Origin: Podarcis muralis
Taxonomy: Eukaryota
Length of the DNA stretch: 64,000 nucleotides
Direction of reading: 5' to 3'
NCBI RefSeq assembly: GCF_964188315.1
Contig: NC_135662.1
Span: forward strand, 24,242,001 to 24,306,000
Position numbers and translations under genes: made by a program
The notes under the pieces: model-generated
Told to the model about the DNA's origin: nothing
Database searches by the model: none
What the model saw: the letters and a program-made list of their open reading frames with translations, nothing else
Shown: positions 34,554 through 48,713 of the stretch, in pieces
How positions within the stretch are numbered: the stretch's first letter is position 1
How the letters are laid out: the number at the start of each line of letters is the position of its first letter

Positions 34554-35839
34554 TATACCTGAAAACTGAGGGAACATCTGATCAAGTGTACTCTATTATA
34601 TTAACAAAGCAATCCAAACCTCCCTTACACTGGGTGGATGGTGGACTGGACTACTGTTTACATTTTTTGAGTAGAAGTCATACTTGGTAAAGTCACTACA
34701 ATGTGACATTCACAGTGAAATCTTCAGGATTAACTGCGTAGCAGAATTATAATTTAATCATATGAAATGAGGAAACCTAACATCACCATTTTGCAAATTA
34801 GCGTGACTGCTCAGCTGTTGCAGGAGCACTTCCTAACAGAGGAGAGAGAATGCCAGATATGCATGCAACAGAGTATTTGTTAAGGTTTAAAGCCTGGACT
34901 GTTTGTTTCTCATGCGAAGGAACAACTGGGAGGTGCAGCTGATACGTGCTTTTATGAATGTACATTTCTCTCTATGCTGGCTCTGGAAGTACAGAGCAAA
35001 ACACTTTTTTTTTCCTGGGGGGAAAATAGATCCAAGAGAGAGAGGGAGGGAGAGAGAGAAGGGAAGAAATCCCCCTTTCAAACAAACTCCTCTATTAACT
35101 TTCTGCTAGCAGACATTCTTTGCTATTTTTATAGCTCACTCTTAGAACCATTTCAAATAGGCAAACAGTCTGCACAATCCCTCCAGACTGTGCCTAAGTA
35201 TAGGAATGGGATGGAAAAGTGCATTATATGACATGCAAAGGAACACCCTCTTTGATTTCTATGACTATAGTAGAGGCTATTCACTTGCATGACCTGACTT
35301 TTCAGGGCCAAACCGGAAAGGACACCAGGGGATCTGTGATCAGTTTTCTTGCGTTTTTAGTGGTAAATAAAGCCACAAGAAGGAGATTGTGGTTTGACAT
35401 GTACCTAGTGTTGAGGAGAGGTTTTTTTGGTGTGTTTTTTTTAAAAAAAACAAACCCTGCTTCTGTGTACCATTTTCTCAATATGAATTGCCTCCCTGAA
35501 GCTTCAGTTGGTTCAGGGTGGAAACTTGTGGTACCATGGAGGAACCTATAGGTTTTCTCCTGCAGAGCAGATAGTAGTCTGGGGGGGGCAGATTTTGCAT
35601 CAGGAAAATGTTACAGGGAGAAAGGATTAAAAATCTCATCCTTAGTGCCATAGTCCTGATCCTAATCCTACCCCTCCTGCAGCTGCATTTACCATTTTTT
35701 TTAAAAAGAGACTTTTGGACAGATGATAGATATCCTGATTTCAGAGGCGCTGAGTTTCGTGTGACATGGGGGGGAGGGGCTCGTCGCATGCGTGTGACAT
35801 CACACATGTGACACAGACGTACGACATCACAGACGTCAG

Positions 35840-36366
35840 GAGGCGGCCCTGCTGGATCAGGCCAAGGCCCATCTAGTTCAACATCCTGTTCTCACACTGG
35901 CCAATCAGATGCCCAGTGGAAGCTCAAAAGCAGAACCTGATTGCAACAGAGCACTCTCCACTTGTGATTCTTAGCAGCTTGGCAGTCCAAATCTTATTGC
36001 CACTTACAGCAGAGACAGAATACAGTGGTACCTCGGAACTTAATTCGTTCTGGAGGTCTGTTCTTAACCTGAAACTGTTCTTAACCTGAAGAACCACTTT
36101 AGCTAATGGGGTCTCTTGCTGCCGCCGCACCGCCGGAGCACGATTTCTGTTCTCATCCTGAAGCAAAGTTCTTAACCCGAGGTAATATTTCTGGGTTAGC
36201 GGAGTCTGTAACCTGAAGCGTATGGAACCCGAGGTACCACTGTACAGCCTTCATGGCGAACAGCAACTGATAATCTTATTCTCCATGAATTTGTCTAATT
36301 CCCTTTTAAAGCTATCCAAGCTGGTAGCCATCATTACTTCTAGTGGGAGTGAATTCCATAGTTTAA
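35840..36366 (-). mobile_element. CR1 LINE 3' fragment interrupted by a MITE
   Basis: ggccctgctggatcaggccaaggcccatctag and catgaatttgtctaattcccttttaaagc resemble squamate CR1 3' ends; boundaries approximate. Confidence 0.6.
36023..36242. mobile_element. Tigger-type MITE, family B (220 bp), opposite orientation to the 25477 copy
   Basis: TA TSDs; perfect TIR CAGTGGTACCTCGG. Confidence 0.88.
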
Positions 36367-36774
36367 GTGCCATGTGGACAACTACTTAATATGTGGAGTT
36401 GCAAAAATAAATCAACAACTCATTTTTTTGCGTAAGAGATGCCTAAAGCAAGGAAGCAGAGAGGCCCAGAACCAGTAACAAAACACACACACTGTGTGCT
36501 CTCATTGTTTTAGTTATTATCTGCACTTTCTAAGATAAGGACCTGAAATACATCCAGCAGTAAGCTATTCCTCTTTCTAGAACTTTGCAGCAAGTTTGTT
36601 TGTTAAAGAAATATATTTAAATCACATGCTGGCATTATCTCAGCTTGTGTTGAATCTTGCTAGCTTTACAAAAGCCCATATTTATAAAAGCCTGAGGAGA
36701 TCTGTAGTATAAGTTTGCTTAAGATCTCTGTCCAGTATACAGATTAACTCCACCAGAATGTCTGACATACTCAC

Positions 36775-36897
36775 TTCTGCATGTTTTGCGGTCACGGTTC
36801 AGAGTGTATCCGGCTCGACATCTGCAAGTATACCCGTCTTCTGTGTTAACACATTCATGTTCACAGCCATGTTTTCCCAAAGCACAGACATTTATTC
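36775..36897 (-). CDS. MATN2: MATN2 EGF exon 5 ([40 protein letters not shown])
   Basis: 123 nt, six Cys, AG/GT. Confidence 0.94.
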
Positions 36898-37769
36898 CTG
36901 TGGGAGGGAAAGGAAAACATGTAATGTAACAATGCTGGAACATAACTGTTTAAAAATAATACTTAAGAACCATCACGTAAAACCATTAAAAACACCTCAC
37001 CTTCCAGTTTGGTGCTAGACACCAAAAGCAAAATTAAGAATTCACTAGGACTGTTTGCATATGCAAGAGACAGTATCAGGAGGACAAGACCTTTCAAAAT
37101 ATTTGGCTATTGCAGAGAATATCTGTGTGTATTGCACTTGATATGGTTTGTTTATGTAGAGTTCTTGGCTGATTTTAGCAGGTCCAGCATCACTGCTTAG
37201 CATACCCAGCAGAACACCTGTTGAAACCCAATGATGCCATTAGTGATGACATTGCCTACTGGGGCCTCCACTGCACCTGCCATCTTATTTTTCCCAAAAT
37301 GCAATGCTCTACAAAATTTCATTTTTGACATGGTGCATTGTGGGGGGAAGGTGACAAACCATGGTTTGCCAAAAACAAACAAACAATGGGACTGCCATGC
37401 TCGTTTGTTCTACTTGTGCAGGAATGATTTGAATTGCATTTCATTTTGGGAAAACTAAGACAGGGCCTGCAACTTTAACTGTTGGCAGTAGTGGATGGTG
37501 TGATGGGGCTACAGTGTTCATCTGACCTCCCATCTGTCATGCTGCTGCTGCTGCTTACAGGCAAGGTGGCAGTAGGGAAGGCATGGTACAAACACACAAA
37601 TAGGAGTGCCAGATAGGCTCCACCACACCAACCTCTCCCTTCCCCCGCTACCTCTCAGTAAGCAGCAGTAGCAATGTTGCTGACTGGAGGTCAGGTGAGT
37701 GCTGCCTTGTCTCCATGATGTATGCTGCTGGCTCTTGGAGTTCCATTTGGCTGCCCACTACCAAGAGCC

Positions 37770-38207
37770 TGTTAGAATTCCTGCTCCATGACGGCAGTCA
37801 TGGGATTGTTGTCTATCTCATGGACGGTATATGTTTTGACTCCACAGAGTGGGAAGTGACGGAGAAGGATGTTTGTGTTACTGTGTTCCGTGAAGTGGGA
37901 CTATTGTCCTTTGTCCCTTTGCTGTCTGATGCTAGAGAGAGGGAGCCATATTGCAGTGCTCTGTGTGTGTTTCTATGTAAATAAAGTAGATTAGCCAACA
38001 TGCTGAGTTGCTGAGGTCTGTCATGCAAGCTGCGAACACTCTGCGGATTGCTAAGTGTGCCAATGTCTGTTGGCATCAGTCGCTGTGATGTTCAGGCTGA
38101 AGAAAGCTTTTGAAGCTCCCAAACGATCGACCAGGAGGGAGAGAACATGCCAATCGGGCATGTGTCTCTACCAGGGTCCTACTCGAGTGTAGGACAAGCT
38201 CCTGACA
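37770..38207 (+). mobile_element. Solo LTR, 438 bp
   Basis: TGTTAG...CTGACA termini; perfect 5-bp TSD GAGCC; internal AATAAA near 37980. Confidence 0.8.
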
Positions 38208-38715
38208 GAGCCTACCATTCAACCCTAGATGCAATTCTGCCTCTTAGGGTGGTTTCATCAGTTTCTTTGAGTTAGTGTTGTTCTCCAAAATGCATGGCTC
38301 TGGCTGTTTGTGGGAATATAGTCAAATAAACTTTGCACTATTGTAATATATAAACATAAGGTTAAAAAGGTAACATGCAAAATCCTCAATGCAAACCAGC
38401 CACCAAAAGTCAGTGCAACTTCTAAGTTTCATACTGGTTTTTAAAGAGGCTTAGGGATGGTGTTTTGGAAGAACGTCGTGGGACCGCTTTCTTAATGCAC
38501 ATGTGCTGCTTTAAGTTGGCACAGAGATATTTCTATGTGCCTGGGGGATTGGTTGGTTGATTTTAGGAATTATAATGAAGACATAAGGAGGTGGTTTTTA
38601 TAGGCATGTTCAAAAGTTACACCTCAAAACGGCAAAAAGGAACAAAAAAAAGCTGTGACGGTGATGTTGAGAAGTAAAAACAGATGAACTTACTATACAC
38701 TTTAGGACAACATAC

Positions 38716-38838
38716 TTTTGCACGTTCTCTTATCTGGATTGAGAGTAAAGCCTTGCTGGCATCGGCAGTAATAGGATTCATCTGTATTGACACACTCCTG
38801 CTGGCAGCCATGATTTTGCATTGCACAGTAGTCTGGTC
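38716..38838 (-). CDS. MATN2: MATN2 EGF exon 4 ([40 protein letters not shown])
   Basis: 123 nt, six Cys, AG/GT. Confidence 0.94.
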
Positions 38839-39724
38839 CTGAAGATTGGGAGGGGGAGGAATTATTATTATTTAAGTAACAGGAGTAGTACACAAAGTGA
38901 GCAGACTGTAATCAAAAATAAAGGCTTCAGCCAGAGATGTGACTATAAGAAGAGCATTAGCTTTTCACAGAAAAATTGAAGAAAATCTTTATAAATCTGG
39001 GGACAGAAGCAAACCGCAGGCCAGACTGACACTCCCAAAGCTGCATCTACAACTTGTTGAGCTCAGTGCTGCAGTGCTGCCCTCTCAATAACTGGCAGCA
39101 ACATGAGGTGTTAGGAGGTCCAGAAATAAAGAATAATAATAATAATTTATTTATACCCCGCCCTTCCCGGTTCAAAAACTGGGCTCAGGGCAGCTAACAA
39201 CAAATTTAAAATACTTAATTATAAAGGCAGCATAAAATACAGTATAAAAACATGAATAACAATAAAATTCAAAAATCAAAAATCAATTAGATAATCCCCA
39301 GGGCTAGCGGGCTGAATTGGTCCTACTTGGGCCAGCGAGGAGACCAGGGGAGAATTAGCTGTGGGGTCTCAGAGTGGGTGATCTTCATAAAAGGGGAGGG
39401 GGAGGGAAGGGAAGAGAAATAAAAGATACAGCCCCACCCATGCAACCCTGCCAGCCACTAATGGGAACAGAATACATCTAATTGGTCTTGTTGGACCCAT
39501 AACCCCAACATTCCGCAGATGAAAATAGGGACCTTCTAGTCTACATCAGTATCACTGCCAGGAGGGGCTCTTTTTTTGTTTTTTTGCACATTAATATTTT
39601 TATTAAAGTTTTCCATGATACAGACAACCCCTCCCTGAAGCTCCAATGCCCACCTATGACTCCCATAATCTCCTTGCCCCTGCTACCCCGTAAACTCCAG
39701 CCCCCCACTGGCTGGCCTGCACCC

Positions 39725-39850
39725 CACCAGCTGGTCCCCAGATGATGTTGGACTACAACTCCCATCATTCCTAGCCAGCATGATCAGTGGTCAGGGATGA
39801 TGGGAGTTGTAGTCCAACAACATCTGGGGACCCACAGGTTGAGAACGCTG
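39725..39850. mobile_element. Palindromic hAT MITE
   Basis: ggactacaactcccatcat / atgatgggagttgtagtcc arms. Confidence 0.7.
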
Positions 39851-40522
39851 AGCTACACCCTTCAGGGCCTGCTCCTGCCCAGGGTCTCCTCCAGCCGCTG
39901 TCTTCTCTTCAGGCCTGACCTAGCTCACTTTCTTCTTGTTTTTATTTGGCATGGCCAGCTGGATGGGTGGCTATGGGTCTGCCAGCCTGGAGAGTCGCAA
40001 CCTCCCATGGCAAGGATGGCAGTGGTAGTGGCCCTGTTCCCCCTTCCTCATCTTCCTCTTCCTGATGCTGCTGCTACTCCACCGGCCGTCCAGCTGGTCA
40101 GCCTGGCTTGCTTTCTTGGACCCAGCACAAGACTCTTCTCCCTTCCTTCCACCCTGCTTTCTTTTGACTGCCAGGAGCGGTGGCAAAGGAGGAGGCTCAG
40201 TTGGGCAACACTCTCTTCCCCCTATTTCCCCCAACATGAAACCATGCTTTCTGCCACCTGTATCATATAGGCACATGTACTAAAGTGTGTTGTTAATTGT
40301 ACATTACGACAGTACTTCATCTAGGCCAGGTCACCTACTAGGAATGGCCCTTCTAGAATATCTGCAACCTGAGATCCTTTTCATTGGAGATGCCATGGAC
40401 TGTAGCCAGGACCTCCTGCATGCAAAACAGATGGTGGAACTGTGGCGCTTCCCCTTACAACAGACTGTATGCACCTGTGTGCTACTATCTGAAAGAACTG
40501 AGCATAGATGTGGAAAACTTAC

Positions 40523-40645
40523 GCCTGCAGGTTTTTTTATCCGGATTGAGAATGAACCCTTTGCGGCATTGACAGTAGTAGGAGTCTTCAGTATTAATGC
40601 ATTCATGTTGACAGCCTTGGTTATTCAAAGCACAGTAATTTACAA
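40523..40645 (-). CDS. MATN2: MATN2 EGF exon 3 ([40 protein letters not shown])
   Basis: 123 nt, six Cys, AG/GT. Confidence 0.94.
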
Positions 40646-40717
40646 CTGAAAAACAAACAAGAACCACAAGCTCACTCAGGGACAGAACTTGACAAATTAA
40701 CATTTGCAACGTTGGTG

Positions 40718-40895
40718 GTGGGCAGGTAGCCCATCTAGGAGATGGAGAACTCTGATCCTAAACCTCCATAGCCTTGCGGGATATCTTCTGGAGAAGAAAA
40801 CCCTACACAAATCTGGAGTGGAGTCCCTAAGATGACTGGATGGTGCCTTGTACACTTCCTGCCGGCAACTAAGCTAAGCTGCTAACAAAGGTATA
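40718..40895 (+). mobile_element. Probable RTE-clade LINE 5' UTR fragment
   Basis: gggcaggtagcccatctagg..ctctgatcctaaacctcc..ggagtggagtccctaag resembles squamate RTE 5' ends (recognised from memory). Confidence 0.4.
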
Positions 40896-41476
40896 ACTCT
40901 GCTTTGTTTTGGCCCACATCAGCAAGGCCAAAGGGGTGTGTATGTGTGTGTTGTCATCTGGGCAGCCCAGGACCTCCATACACACTGCCCAGGCTTGCAC
41001 CCTGAGGAAGTCACTTTGGTGTTGCTAACACAGCAGCTTGACTTCATCCCTGGGGGCTCACTCCACTGTTTCTCAAGACAGACGGATGCCAACATGACAG
41101 CAACTTATCAACTAAGGCCCTTAGTCAGGTGCTGCTGAAAGAAGTGGACAATGTGTGTGTGGTTTTCCATCTAGATTCAATTTGGACTGCAGTGACATGA
41201 AGAGCATAGCACATGTTTAAACTGACCTTCCCATCACATTGTTGCTATAATCCTGTTGGAGCAGCTGACATGATCTTCATTCTAAGGCATGATCTTCCAT
41301 ACCTTGTGTTCATGGGAAAGGGAAGCGAGGTGTTCTTGGGAAAGGGAAGAATTCCATCACCCCCTGAAGATGCTGGAAGCCAACTGTGTGAACTACACAG
41401 TGGACAATTTTCCTGTGCAAGTCAGCTGTGGGTTGGTAAGGGGCCAGTGATAACTTAAACCACGGGTAAGGAACAT

Positions 41477-41849
41477 ATTGGAGGGACGCGGGTGGCACTG
41501 TGGTCTAAACCACTGAGCCTAGGGCTTGCCGATCAGAAGGTCAGCGGTTCTAATCCTCATGACGAGATGAGCTCCCGTTGTTCAGTCCCAGCTCCTACCA
41601 ACCTATCAGTTCGAAAGCACATCAAAGTGTGAGTAGATAAATAGGTACCGCTCCAGCGGGAAGGTAAATGGCGTTTCCGTGCACTGCTCTGGTTTCGCCA
41701 GAAGCGGCTTAGTCATGCTGGCCACATGACCCAGAAGCTGTCTGTGGACAAACGTCGGCCCCCTCAGCAGTAAAGCGAGATGAGTGCCGCAACCCCAGAG
41801 TTGTCTGCCACTGGACTTAACTGTCAGGGGTCCTTTACCTTTACCTTTT
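41477..41849 (+). mobile_element. Sauria SINE
   Basis: Full length; 10-bp TSD taaggaacat. Confidence 0.92.
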
Positions 41850-43337
41850 TAAGGAACATGTTTAGCCTAAGGGCCACATTCCAATCTGGGTAAACTTCAG
41901 GGGGCCACACATCTGTGGAGGGCAGGGTCAGAGGCAAAGGGGGGGAAAGCAACAAATGTGAATTTCACCTTTCTGCAGTAGGCTACTTTCTACACACAGA
42001 CACCCTCCCTACCCTCCATCCCTTTTCATTTTTTCATTTCACTTTTAATTTGTATATCGCCTTTCTATATTACTATACACAAGGTGGTTTACAACCTGAA
42101 GAAACAACAAAATAGACAGCAAAGATCACACACCTCATAACAATCTGATCCAATACCAGAAAAAGTCACAATAACTTTAAAATAAACAACTTATATCAAA
42201 TAAAGCACTATTCAACAATGCATTAGAATATAATAGTGAACAGTAAAATTAAATAGCAAATAATAATTAAACAGTTTTCACACTTATCAATTACAATAAA
42301 AATTGTTTTTACTAAACTAATCAGTAAAAATAACAGCAAGTCACAATGCATTAAATACCACAAAACCATGTAAAAGGATCAAATTGAGAAACAAGGACAC
42401 ACAACTTATAAAATTGATATATATATCTCCCCAAGCTCCTCTTCTCTCTTCCCTGCTGCTTTTGCAGTTCTCAAAGACATGGTCTGGGGAAGACTCCTAA
42501 GGTTGGGGCAAGGCAGGTGGAAAAAGCCACTGCCTGATGAACAGGAGCAGACAAGCCAGAGGCATTATCAGAGTCCAAAGACACATTGCAGCCAGGCAAA
42601 GACATTCAGGTGGGTTAGCAGAGCCAGTGAGGGGTATGGTTTAGGGAGAGGGTAGATGGCCTGCAGAGAGTTCTGAGGGCCAGATGGGGGGACCTGGAAG
42701 GTTGCATTTGGCCCTGTGATCTGAGATTCCCTATTTGGTTTAAGCACGCCATATATCTGGACTGCAGAGTCTGGAGGAATGGAAGTAACGTTCACAATCC
42801 TTGAAATTAAAGTTGCCTTCATAGACCCTCAGGTGGGACAAAGCACGTGGGTGTAGAAATGGTGCTGTACTCAGTCTGACACATACCAAACTCTGTGCTA
42901 GCTGTTCTAATAGACATCTGAGCACTGATGCTCAACAACAATCCGTTCTCTTTCTTGACTATCACAGTGCAGCCAAAATAAACTTGACTCTGACTGCTCG
43001 AGGTTAAACACGAAAGTTTCCTTTGTCATCGCCTAGAAAAATTTACAGTTTGGAAAAAACCTAGGGTGTTACTTAAAATGTGGTGAGTACGGAACAATAT
43101 TCAGGGACTGGATCCTTTGGGAAGCAGTGATTTGGTTAGAACTGGTCTCTCTCTTCCAGTGCTATTTTTCCAGAAGAAAAAGGTGCTGCAACTCACCATG
43201 AACACCTCACTCGTTCTCTTAGAATGACAATGAAGCCCACCTGAGAGGTGCTAGAACTGAGTTCCAGTGAGTTCAGGCTGAAAAAAAGCCCTGCTCTCGC
43301 CATACAACACTGAAGGAAGAATTCCACATTCGGCAGG

Positions 43338-43461
43338 ATATCAATGAAACAAACAAATTGACCCAGGGATGCCATTTTTGGTAGACGCTCCGTGTTGGGT
43401 ACAACATGGAGCGTCTACCAAAAATGGCATCCCTGGGTCAATTTGTTTGTTATATTGATAT
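43338..43461. repeat. 124-bp near-perfect palindrome
   Basis: 60-bp arms (57/60 complementary) with a 4-nt loop GGTA. Confidence 0.95.
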
Positions 43462-46400
43462 ACTCCATTTCCTCCAAGGAGCGAAAGGAGTGAGAGACTG
43501 TGACTGGGCCAGGGTCCCCCACTGAGTTTCATAGCTGAGCAGGGATTTGAACTCAGGTCTTCCATATTCCAGTCTATACTATACACTGTACCACACTGAC
43601 TCTCCTTCTCTCCTGTAGAACCAGTTTATTGTGTTGTGATATCAATTCATTGTGAATTTTCCAATTCCCACCGGGGGCAGCTAATTATGTGGATAAATGG
43701 TAAAGAAATATGATGTCACCCCTTTAAACCCTCTGAGAAAGGGTGTAGCCTCTACGCTTCACCCCTTGTTTTCCCTCACCTGTTCTCCCCATCAAGAGGA
43801 CCTTATCTGAGCACCACCATGGCAAATGGTGGAGGACATAAGCGGGCATGGTTGAACACAGCAGCAGCATCCTCTCTCCCTTAAAAAAGCATTTAAAGGA
43901 ATGAGCAATTTGTGGATCTGGCAACTGTCCAATGAAGCCACTTAATGTTCTACAAACTAGTTTTGTCCCTCTGTGTTACCAAGCTTATGATGTAAACCCT
44001 GGCCTCATAGTTCACTATGACTTGTTTACTTACATTATTATCCCATTCTTCCTCCAAGAAGCTGAAAGATGCATGGTATTCTCCATCCCCTATTCCCCCT
44101 TACAACAACCTTATAAATTAGGCAACTTAGCCTCAGGGCCTCCCATTGAGCTTCACAGCTATTTGAACTTGGGCCTTCCCAGCCAGCCCTCTAGCCATTA
44201 CACCATACTGGGCTTGTATTGCTCTTTGACAGCAAGAAGCATTGTTGTAGTCATTTTGGTAATTTATATTCACTAAATATAAACAGGACGTAATATTTAT
44301 CTACAAAGCGCTAGGCAAGATGCCAAAACTAAACTAATTTGTGAAAGTGGTTGTGAAATGGTGTAAGCTATACCCTGAAAATACTAAACATTGTATATCT
44401 GTCATTGTGCAAACTCCCATTACCCAAAATTTCTGCTTTTTAGAATATATTTGTGCCCTTCTCAAATGCCTTCTATTTGCCTAAATGTAAACCTGTTAAT
44501 CAAACCCTCTTTCAGAACATTCTAAATTGTTTGGAATGCTCTGCAGATTTTGGATAGATGAAGCTGAACTGTATTTATCTCTGTGGAGCTTGTGTCAGTT
44601 TTTAAAGAATTATTCTAAACAAAGGATAAACATAATCAAATCACAAAGTGGTTTCTTAGATCATTTGGACTAATAAAAAGAACAAAGTTTCCATTTTTTG
44701 CCCTTGAAATAATGTCATGTTTCATATAAATTTTACCAAGTACAGCATTCCCAACAGTGCCAACTAAGCCATTATGAACTAGCTGCTAGATCCTGTTATA
44801 TTTCTTTTTTACGTTCCAAAATCATATTACTTTTAAAAAAAATTTTTTTAATGTCCATTTGTTTGGATTAATGCATTCTCCCCAAATCCCACAACTGTAA
44901 CACTGCCATAATTTAGGCAACCTTGGGAAAACAGAACAAAAAGCAGCTGATAATATTCTTTCACATTATGGGAGTTTCTGCTTTGCTGACTTAAAGAAAT
45001 TGGGCAGAGTCCAAACAATTTAGACTTTCCGTCATGTAGGATGTGTAACCACTTTCCTGGCAAACACCTTCCTTGTTCCAGGCCGAAGACAGTCATATGG
45101 AACATTTCTTGAAAATTAAAGCAATAATCAGCTTCCCCTTAAAAATCTCAAGCGCAATTTTTCAGCAGCCTCGTGAGACAAAATTATAGTAACAGCAATC
45201 TACTCTAACCACAGTACATTTCAGGATATAATTTACTTATTTATACTAATGAAGTCCCAATCAATGGGAAAACATATATTACAAAGTTAATTTGAAACTA
45301 CAAAAGTAGTCAGCGACTAGTGCCTTTGTCGAATAGATGAGTAATAGGGTTGGATCCCTTACTCAGAGTAGACCCATTGAAATTCATGGATATTAGTTGT
45401 GTCCATTAATTTCAGTGGGTCTGCTCTGAGCAGGACTAGCATTGGCTACAACCAGCATTCAGCTTCCTGAGAACAGTTTCTTTCTATCCACTTTCTCGAC
45501 ATCATGCATGATGTTATAAATCTCTTGCCTTTTTTCTAAACTAAAAAAGTCCCAATTATTACACACACACATCATCATCACCTTATTATTATTATTATTA
45601 GTAGTAGTAGTAGTAGTAGTAGTACCCTGCCCATCTGATTAGGTTGCCCCAGCCACTCTGGGAAGCTTCCAGCATATACAAAAACATAATAAGTCTTTTG
45701 CAGCTCTACAATATCCACTTTGAAATGAGGCAATATGAATTGTAAACATACTGAACTTATAGGACAGCATATAGACCAACTATTTATAACATTTATCTGA
45801 CTAGCATTTATAGGAATATCTAGCAAAGAAGAGCATTTAAGATTATATTTTATTAGACCAACTTCTATCAGTGTAAAGTAGGCAAAACTTTCCATTAGAC
45901 CATTATGAATGAATGAATGAATGAATGGCAGTTTGGTTCTTCTTATACTTTACATGTGAATTTGCTTTATAGCTAATTCCCAGCAAGGTAGTTGACAGAC
46001 GTATATCTTAAAGTCACTTCAGCTAGTCTGCTGTATTGCAGGAGAGAGAATATATGCATAGGTTGTTGTTGTTACTAGGGATATTGGCCATTGGCGTGGA
46101 AAAAACCTGACTACAATTCTCCCATCTGTTTTTTGTTGTTGTTCCTTTCCCCTGAAAACATGTTTATCTGCTTCTGATTACTACTTTTGTTAAATATTTC
46201 ACATTGTTTGAAAGCCAGAAGGGTGTGGAGGGTACTGAACATATTGCCTTCTATGGTCTGGTCCCAAACATATGTACATTGCAATGGATTCCAACGAAGA
46301 GTTGCAAGAAAGAAATTGTAGTATCCTGATGAGGGTCAGTCATCTCTAATATTAAGTGTGAAGGGCACACAATTTTATCTGGTGAGGGATAATGTACGCA

Positions 46401-48713
46401 CACAAAACACCACATATGCAACATCTTTTGTGTGTTTTCACATACACATATGTGCTGTGTTGCCATATTACTTCAGTTCTATCAAAACATCGGTTCTTGA
46501 TGTTTAAACTGTTTAGTTTTTTTCTGTCCTATAGATTCAATTATTAAGCGCCACACAGAATTCAGAATAGCTGGGCTCTGATTCAACTGTAATTTACTCT
46601 TTATTCCTGGGGTAAAGTTGATATGTTCAGACAACATGACTATTCTAGGTTTTTGAAACTAATAGTTATCTGGCACATATCATCTACTCTTGAGAAAAGT
46701 AGTAGTATTTCATTTGCCACATATAATCCACTCTTGAGAAAGCACTTTTGTCTTCTCCAAAACTTGAACCTGCTGACACCTCTCCCTTGTGCTCAGGTGG
46801 TAAAGTTTTAGCTACTTAAGCAACAACACTCATGCCTGACCACTGGAAATGTAAGGGAACAGTATTCCCGTGAGCCACTGCAAATTGTATCTTAAAAGTT
46901 CAAGGTGTAGAAGAAACTAAAATGGAGTGTACAAAAGGACCACAACCTTAAGCACTGTTAGATGGATAAAGGTCCGCTGAAATCAATGATAATTAAATCT
47001 AAGTAAATATGGCTAGGGTAAGGGCATTCATTAAAAAAAATAAATTATGATTTTTCAGCACACAATTGGAAGTTAGTCCCACTGTGCTCATTTAGATTTA
47101 CTCATTTGGAAGGTACATAGGACTTCAGACTAAGCTGCCTATAAGCTGCACATACTGTATTATGGAGTTCCTCCAAGCTAAATGTAGAGAAGCCACACCT
47201 CTGTAGAATTAGGTCAAGAGGAAAGGAAAATACATAACATGAATATGAGAATAGACATGTTTTGAGAGTGAGAAGAGGACTCATCATTCCATAAGCCACT
47301 AATAAGCTCCTGCTAAATTATCCAATGAGCCTAGAATATATTTAAGTCTTAGTAGAGAAGCTTATACCATGGTTGAAATTGCATGGAAATGCTTTTTTTA
47401 AACCCTTGTGTCCCTGAAGTGCCAGAAGCTGCCAGGGCTAGAACTGGGTTCCATTCTCTGTGTAGGAACAAGTTCCTTGGAACAAGTTCCTCCTAGTGAA
47501 ATGTTCTCAGGCTCTGGATTAGTCCCTCCCCTCTCCCCAAGTTGGCCATTGGGCCCTTCTGGATAGAAAAGGCTGTAAAAGTCTTCCTATCAGTCTCTTT
47601 AGTCTGTTTCAGCTTCTGGCTGACCTGAGAGCTGCCTATAGCTCAGCCCTAGCTTAAAGAAAAAGAGAAGTATCATGGCACTTAAGCTAGATATTTGGGC
47701 TATGAGAACTCTCTAGGGGAAAGGAGTTGCACAGTTACAGAAGAGCTAGTGTGTCTATGTGCCCCTGGAGAAATTAACAAATACTATACAAAAGAAGATG
47801 GCTTTGATTTTTAGGGATCTCAGTAGGGCATAGGACAGGAGGTATTCAAACAAATGAAAATACTTAAATAAACAAAAAGAGAACATAGTGCATGTAAATG
47901 GAAATGCATCCGATTTATATATAATAAGTTTAAGTATTCAGCAATCAGAAAGTAAAGTATTCATTAGAACAAAGAACAACCCATTCCTCATGCAAAGTAG
48001 TAACATAAAACAGCTGTTATTTGAAAAGCAATAAGTTTTATGGGTTTCAGAGTGAAGTTTGCTAGAGAGAATGTACAGCTGTGGGAAGCTGTTTTGCTTA
48101 CAAAGTATTGGGGTGTGACTGTGTTTATGGGCCTAAGAAAACTTGAACATATGATGGAATCCGTATGCTTTCACATATTTTTTTAGCAAGCTTTTAAAAA
48201 CTGGAGCCTGAGAAAGACAGTTGTTTAGCATCAAGGAACACTCTTTAATGAAATGTGGAGGTGTTCCCTTCCAGCTCCAGAAAAGGGAAGTCCACACTGT
48301 GGGAAACAGCAGATCAATCATAACATTAGGAACAACTCACAAAGAGCTTGTGCCCTTAAACTTATTAGTTTGTTGTTGTGTCTGATAATTTTCCTGCCAT
48401 CGCTGGAGTTCTCCTGCTTAGAGAAATTTCTACAGTGGCACCACATGAATTCTTCCTTCCCTTCATCCTATTCCCATATTAGTTCTGCAAGATTTTATCT
48501 TACGGCTTCGCAGCCAGCAGAACCTTCCATTCCCCACAAGCAATGGAACGTGTGAGCTGACAGCTTAAGGGTCTCAGCCACCCTGTCATCCCTGATACTC
48601 CAAACTGAATATAGGAGACTACAGATATCCAAGACAGTTATCACAATAAAAGCAGCCTCTTTTTCCTTGCTTTCCTTTTTTAAGTATAAGAACAATAGGA
48701 AGCAGATACATAC

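Noticed and set aside
41220-41305. MEDH and DGK-like words suggesting a decayed EGF2 copy
   Set aside because: Not in one frame, no Cys spacing or splice sites; the real EGF2 exon is at 48714-48836
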